Position numbers and translations under genes: made by a program. From Desulfobacterales bacterium (GTDB taxonomy: Bacteria > Desulfobacterota > Desulfobacteria > Desulfobacterales > UBA11574), in NCBI GenBank assembly GCA_030145345.1, contig JAQYVT010000003.1:2318-66317 (forward strand): a stretch of DNA of 64,000 nt, given 5' to 3'. Shown here piece after piece: positions 58,345 to 64,000 of this stretch; the first letter of the stretch is position 1, and each line of letters starts with the position of its first letter. The notes beneath the pieces are model-generated. The model had not been told where the DNA came from and searched no databases. It saw nothing but the letters and a program-made list of their open reading frames with translations.

Positions 58345-58878
58345 CGAAATACGATAGTCAGACTGTTGAATACTTACAGGGGGACAAGGCATGTGTTTCA
58401 AGAAGAATATCGACGACGTACTATAACAGATTCAAAACAACGACCACAGCACCAAGGAAATGCGTCGGCTCTTAAACGAGGTGAACGTCTGCGAAACATA
58501 CCCTTTAACGGGTGATTCCTTTCTATAAAATTCGTCGATGGTATTATTGAAAAACGGATCACCGTCTAATGCCATTCCCAACATTTGACAATAACTCATT
58601 ATGCAAACGTGAAGGACAATATTATCCCAGCCGGAGATAACTTGCGCAAAAACGCATATTTTCAAGTTTGGACTGCGCTGTACCGATGGCAATGAATGAT
58701 GAATGACAAATAACCCTCCGGCCACAATGTAGCATATATAATTGATTTTCCTGATATTTTTGTTTCAGCGATTGCTTTGCTCAATTGGGTTGATTTTAGT
58801 AACTATAAATAAAAATTCTATATTATAAATAGGCTGGATCTCATCGAAGTCGAACCAATAAGCAAAAAGGCAGCCGCT

Positions 58879-59109
58879 ATGAGCAATTTAATCTGTTACT
58901 GCTTTGAGTATTTCGTTGAGGATATAACGCAAGATTATATTAAAAATGGTCGCTCCCTTATTGTGGAGAGAATATCAGCGGAAAAGAAATTCGGAAATTG
59001 TCAGTGTGCCACCAAAAACCCGAAGGGCAAATGATGCTTGGCAGAAGTCCGTCAGGTGGCGGATGAAGTTAAACGTTACTTGAACATCGAAAAAAACGAT
59101 AAGAAATAG
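58879..59109 (+). CDS. Probable selenoprotein: small BFD-like/CopZ-N-terminal-like (2Fe-2S)-binding protein, Sec at codon 52
   Basis: MSNLICYCF...CQCATKNPKGK-TGA-CLAEVRQV...; the TGA (59032-59034) is at the first Cys of an NPxGxCCL motif; SECIS-like hairpin follows; missing from the ORF track. Confidence 0.7.
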
Positions 59110-59195
59110 GCTGGAACTTTCTAAGGCAGATCCACTTTCGTGTCCAATAATGTGACAGATGTGCCATGAAACAAGGGAATTCATAGTCTGAAAAT

Positions 59196-59227
59196 AAAAC
59201 AGGGAGTTCATCAGAACTCCCTGTTTT
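59196..59227. terminator. Bidirectional intrinsic terminator
   Basis: AAAACAGGGAGTTC / GAACTCCCTGTTTT, just 3' of the tRNA. Confidence 0.8.
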
Positions 59228-59240
59228 TATTCCAGAACTA

Positions 59241-59317
<77 letters not shown>

Positions 59318-59606
59318 ACGGTAGGCAAATAAGTAACACTTCAGATCGGCCATGTCAAGGTATGATGCCGAAATCTTGCAAAGCAAATTTTAAGACGAGG
59401 GCAATGGTTAAGTATCCATTGGATAAGAACAATTTTGTGTTCCAGAAATGCTATATGGGTGTTAAAAACTTAAATATAGTAATTATTTTCAAAATTCTAT
59501 TGACGATGCCACAAAAAATTCGTTTTATTTAAATCAAATCGACTCAAAATTCGATTCAGCGTTTCCGTCGATCAAACGTGCTCATTTAATACCATAATAA
59601 ATAACC

Positions 59607-60527
59607 ATGCGAACCCAGGAGAAAAAATCTGTTAAGCCGCCCCGTCTGAAGCCGGGGGATACCATCGGCATTGTGGCCCCTGCCGGTCCCTTTGATCCGG
59701 AAAAATTCATGAAGGGAAGGGCTGTTCTGGAATCGATGGGGTTTCGGACGGTTTTTGATGAGACTATTTTCCAGAAACACGGATTCCTGGCCGGAACCGA
59801 CGTCCAGCGGGCGGACCGGATGAATCGTCTTTTTGCCGATTCATCCATCCAGGCGGTTGCTTGCGCCCGGGGCGGGTATGGGAGCATGCGCATCCTTGGG
59901 TTTCTCGATTTTGAGACCATTCAAAATAATCCGAAAATTTTTGTGGGATTCAGCGATGTCTCGGTGCTCCTGTCTGTACTCCATGACCGGTGCGACCTGG
60001 TCACCTTTCACGGACCCGTGGTCACCACATTGGCCGATGCCGCTGAAGCGACCATCGCGGCGATGCGATGGGCGCTGACATCCGACACAGCCCTTGAACT
60101 GGCGCCTGAAAACACCATTGTCGTCCGTCCGGGTCTGTCTTCAGGACCGGTGGCCGGCGGAAATCTGACCACCTTGTGTCATCTGGTGGGCACCCCTTAT
60201 GCCCCAAGTTTCAAGGGGAAGATTCTGCTCCTTGAGGATCTGGGAGAGGCACCATACCGGATCGACCGAATGCTGACTCAAATGAAGCTGGCCGGATGTT
60301 TTAACGGGATTGCCGGACTGGTTCTCGGTTCTTTTGAAGAATGCGGTCCTCTGAATGAAATTTATGCGCTTGTTGGCGATATCTTCGAGGATATGGATAT
60401 TCCGGTTATGGCCGGTTTTGAAATCGGCCATGGGAGACGCAATATCATGATTCCTCTTGGACTGGGTGCAACCCTCGACACCGAGAAGGAACGGCTGTTG
60501 TTCCATGAACCGGCCGTTACGGCATGA
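59607..60527 (+). CDS. ldcA: LD-carboxypeptidase (S66 family)
   Basis: RGGYG, GFSD nucleophile, HGP, GGNL, LED, GHG. Confidence 0.9.
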   Translation: MRTQEKKSVKPPRLKPGDTIGIVAPAGPFDPEKFMKGRAVLESMGFRTVFDETIFQKHGFLAGTDVQRADRMNRLFADSSIQAVACARGGYGSMRILGFLDFETIQNNPKIFVGFSDVSVLLSVLHDRCDLVTFHGPVVTTLADAAEATIAAMRWALTSDTALELAPENTIVVRPGLSSGPVAGGNLTTLCHLVGTPYAPSFKGKILLLEDLGEAPYRIDRMLTQMKLAGCFNGIAGLVLGSFEECGPLNEIYALVGDIFEDMDIPVMAGFEIGHGRRNIMIPLGLGATLDTEKERLLFHEPAVTA

Positions 60528-60593
60528 GGGGCGCTAAATAGGGTGGGGTTTTTGAGTTTTTCAAGCCGGATTGAACGATAAAGAGATTGGACC

Positions 60594-61700
60594 ATGACGT
60601 ACGTAGACCGTTTGATGAAAGACGCGGTATTAAACGATGTGTTCCCCGGCGGCGTCCTTTTGGTCTCGTTGGACGGGGCCACTGTTTTTTTCGAGGCGTA
60701 CGGTTCTGCAAATCTATTTGCCGGCCGTCTAATGACCCAAGAAACGGTTTTCGACCTGGCCTCTTTGACCAAACCGCTGGCAACCACGCTCGCGATCATG
60801 CATCTGTTAGAACAATCCAAGCTGTCTTTGGAACAGCGTCTGGGATCGATTTTACCGGCGTTTAAAAATATGGACAAAAAGGAGATCCGGATAGAACATC
60901 TGCTCTATCATAATTCCGGGCTTCCGGATTATCGTCCCTATTATAAATTGTTGTGTAAAATTGAACCCCATCGAAGAAAAGATGCATTAAGGAAGCTTCT
61001 GGCAAAAGAGCCTCTGATACATGCCCCCGGTGATAAGATCCTATACAGTGACATCGGGTTTATGATTCTGTGCTGGGTGATCGAAGAGATATCAGGTCGC
61101 CGGCTGGATCGTTTTGTTACGGAAAATATCTACCGTCCGCTGGGTCTAAACAATCTATTTTTTGTGGATATTGATGGAAAGTCCCGCCAAACAAAATTTG
61201 CCGCAACCGAACGCTGTCCTTGGCGGGGTATCCTTTTGGAGGGTATGGTTCATGATGATAATGCCTATGCAGTGGGCGGCATTGAAGGGCATGCCGGGCT
61301 TTTCGGGACCGCCGGGGATATACTTTTCCTATTGTCAGAGCTTATGACCGCATACCATGGCGCCCCTTCAACGGGTGTATTTGATATCGATTTGGTGCGA
61401 ATGTTTTTTAAAAGGCCCGAGCGTGAAGGCCGGGCCCTTGGATTTGACACCCCGTCTTCGGTCGATCCGAGTTGCGGCCGTTATTTTTCAGAAAGAACCG
61501 TTGGACATCTCGGGTTCACCGGTACATCCTTTTGGATGGATCTCGATGGCAGTATTATTGTTATCCTGTTGACAAACCGCATCCATCCATCCCGGGATAA
61601 CGACCGAATCAAAGCCTTCAGGCCGAAATTACATGACGCGGTCATGAAAAATGTGTCGGATTGGAGATACATTCAAAAAGGTAGCGATTGGGCGATCTAA
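60594..61700 (+). CDS. Serine hydrolase, beta-lactamase class C-like family
   Basis: FDLASLTK (SxxK), YSD, VHDDNA, GHAGLF, GHLGFTG. Confidence 0.88.
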   Translation: MTYVDRLMKDAVLNDVFPGGVLLVSLDGATVFFEAYGSANLFAGRLMTQETVFDLASLTKPLATTLAIMHLLEQSKLSLEQRLGSILPAFKNMDKKEIRIEHLLYHNSGLPDYRPYYKLLCKIEPHRRKDALRKLLAKEPLIHAPGDKILYSDIGFMILCWVIEEISGRRLDRFVTENIYRPLGLNNLFFVDIDGKSRQTKFAATERCPWRGILLEGMVHDDNAYAVGGIEGHAGLFGTAGDILFLLSELMTAYHGAPSTGVFDIDLVRMFFKRPEREGRALGFDTPSSVDPSCGRYFSERTVGHLGFTGTSFWMDLDGSIIVILLTNRIHPSRDNDRIKAFRPKLHDAVMKNVSDWRYIQKGSDWAI

Positions 61701-61955
61701 AAATCGGACTGTTTCAACGAAAGATCGTACCCTAATTGATCGTATACTCGAATCCAAGATACACCCCTAAAAAATATCGGGTGCCCACTTCCGGGAATCA
61801 TGCACCTTAAATAATAAGGAATATCTCGATATTTCTCTTGTCATTATAGAATAATTTTGATATTTTTGCATACTTAATGAATTCAGGCTGTTTTTTACAT
61901 CTTTTTCAGAGTGTATCGCGAAAAAGATGTACATATTTTTAGTGTATAAAGATGA

Positions 61956-63005
<1,050 letters not shown>

Positions 63006-63009
63006 TTTC

Positions 63010-63846
63010 ATGTTTCCCAAAAAGATGGTGATGATTGTTGGTGTGATCGTTCTGATTGCAGTCAATATCATACTACTCTCCGTTTTCAATCGCCGCTATA
63101 TCTCCTATTATGGATCGGGAAAGATCGCCATCTCCATTGTTGCGCCTTTCCAGAAAGCTACCAGCACTTCGATCCGCTTTGTAAGAGATATTTGGCGTCA
63201 CTATTTTTTCCTGGTTAGTGTGGCAAAAGAGAATGAGAGATTAAGAAAAGACTTAAACCGTGCCTTTGAAAAAAACATTCAGTTTAAGGATTTTGAACTT
63301 TCCAATGCGCGTCTTCGCAACCTGCTGAACTTTCAGAAAACCATCACCGATCGCGTCCTGGCAGCTGAGGTTATTGGCAAGGACCCGTCTCCCTGGTTTA
63401 AGACGGTTCTTATCGATAAGGGAAAGCGTGACGGTGTCGAAAAAGGAATGGCCGTCGTTATCCCGGAAGGAATTGCAGGACAGACTACGGAGGTATCCGC
63501 CCATTATTCTAAGGTTCTCCTGATTATTGATCATAACAGCGCAGTCGATGCGCTGGTTCAACGGGACAGGGCTCGGGGAATCATCAAGGGCGGTTCAGCC
63601 GGTCAATGCCTTTTTAAATATGTTTTGCGCAAGCATGATGTTGTGGTGGATGATATTGTCGTTTCGTCGGGGCTTGACGGTGTCTTCCCAAAAGGGCTGG
63701 CAGTCGGGTATGTTTCAGGCGTGATCAAGCCCAAGTCGGGGATCTTTCAGGAGGTCACCGTTACCCCCTATGTCGATTTTGAAAAACTCGAAGAGGTTCT
63801 GGTTGTATTGACCCCTAAAAAACATGAGTTTGAGCGTGAGAAATGA
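63010..63846 (+). CDS. mreC: Rod shape-determining protein MreC
   Basis: TM + coiled coil, IDKGKRDGV, SGLDGVFPKG; follows mreB. Confidence 0.95.
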   Translation: MFPKKMVMIVGVIVLIAVNIILLSVFNRRYISYYGSGKIAISIVAPFQKATSTSIRFVRDIWRHYFFLVSVAKENERLRKDLNRAFEKNIQFKDFELSNARLRNLLNFQKTITDRVLAAEVIGKDPSPWFKTVLIDKGKRDGVEKGMAVVIPEGIAGQTTEVSAHYSKVLLIIDHNSAVDALVQRDRARGIIKGGSAGQCLFKYVLRKHDVVVDDIVVSSGLDGVFPKGLAVGYVSGVIKPKSGIFQEVTVTPYVDFEKLEEVLVVLTPKKHEFEREK

Positions 63847-64000
63847 CCTATTGTTATCATGTCTGTATATGTCTTTTTCTGATCATCGTTCAGACCACAG
63901 TTATGCCCTATATCCCCTTATTCCAAGGGTTTTATGATCTCCTTGCCCCATTCGTCATTTACTTGTGCATCTTCCGTCCCCTCCGTGAAAGCATACCGGT
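63843..64000 (+). CDS. mreD: Rod shape-determining protein MreD (partial)
   Basis: Hydrophobic ORF MTYCYHV...DLLAPFVIYL overlapping the mreC stop; runs off the window. Confidence 0.75.
   Translation, partial: MTYCYHVCICLFLIIVQTTVMPYIPLFQGFYDLLAPFVIYLCIFRPLRESIP

Noticed and set aside
58432-58725. 97-aa minus-strand ORF
   Set aside because: No recognisable family or RBS; it may be a gene fragment but is unsupported.

Overview
This 64 kb window is bacterial chromosome, most likely from a sulfate-reducing Desulfobacterales-type deltaproteobacterium. That assignment is inferred from the gene set (TunR/TaoR-type regulator, EMO-ETF, DUF6125, IcmF) and is not proven. Backbone genes in order: a TRAP transporter; a CHASE2 cyclase plus FecR/TPR/beta-barrel receptor pair; a GAF sigma-54 activator; a TetR-controlled divergent branched/short-chain acyl-CoA catabolic region (liu-like genes, icmF, thiolase, hbd, acyl-CoA dehydrogenases); recN; a sensor kinase; a FadR-like fatty-acid regulon (acyl-CoA DH, CoA ligase, EMO, etfBA); lpxD; a small TunR/TSUP islet beside tRNA-Pro(GGG); ldcA; and mreBCD. 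The most unusual signal is intergenic. A four-helix-bundle (IVP/Avd-like) gene enclosed by two inverted arrays of 9/10-bp tandem repeats (AAATGCCTA/AAATGATCTA) occurs three times within 12 kb as an intact, an amber-interrupted and a remnant copy. Each copy sits in an operon spacer, is co-oriented with the operon, and shows no transposase or target duplication. Cargo-less elements with the same inverted short-repeat-arm design (7-, 8- and 10-mer units) are scattered through the window. Other highlights are an unannotated probable selenoprotein (in-frame UGA plus SECIS-like hairpin), a candidate sigma-54-dependent sRNA with an exposed anti-Shine-Dalgarno sequence, a class III cyclase with non-canonical specificity residues, and clear operator palindromes for three regulators. 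All calls come from reading the sequence by eye; no database searches were run.
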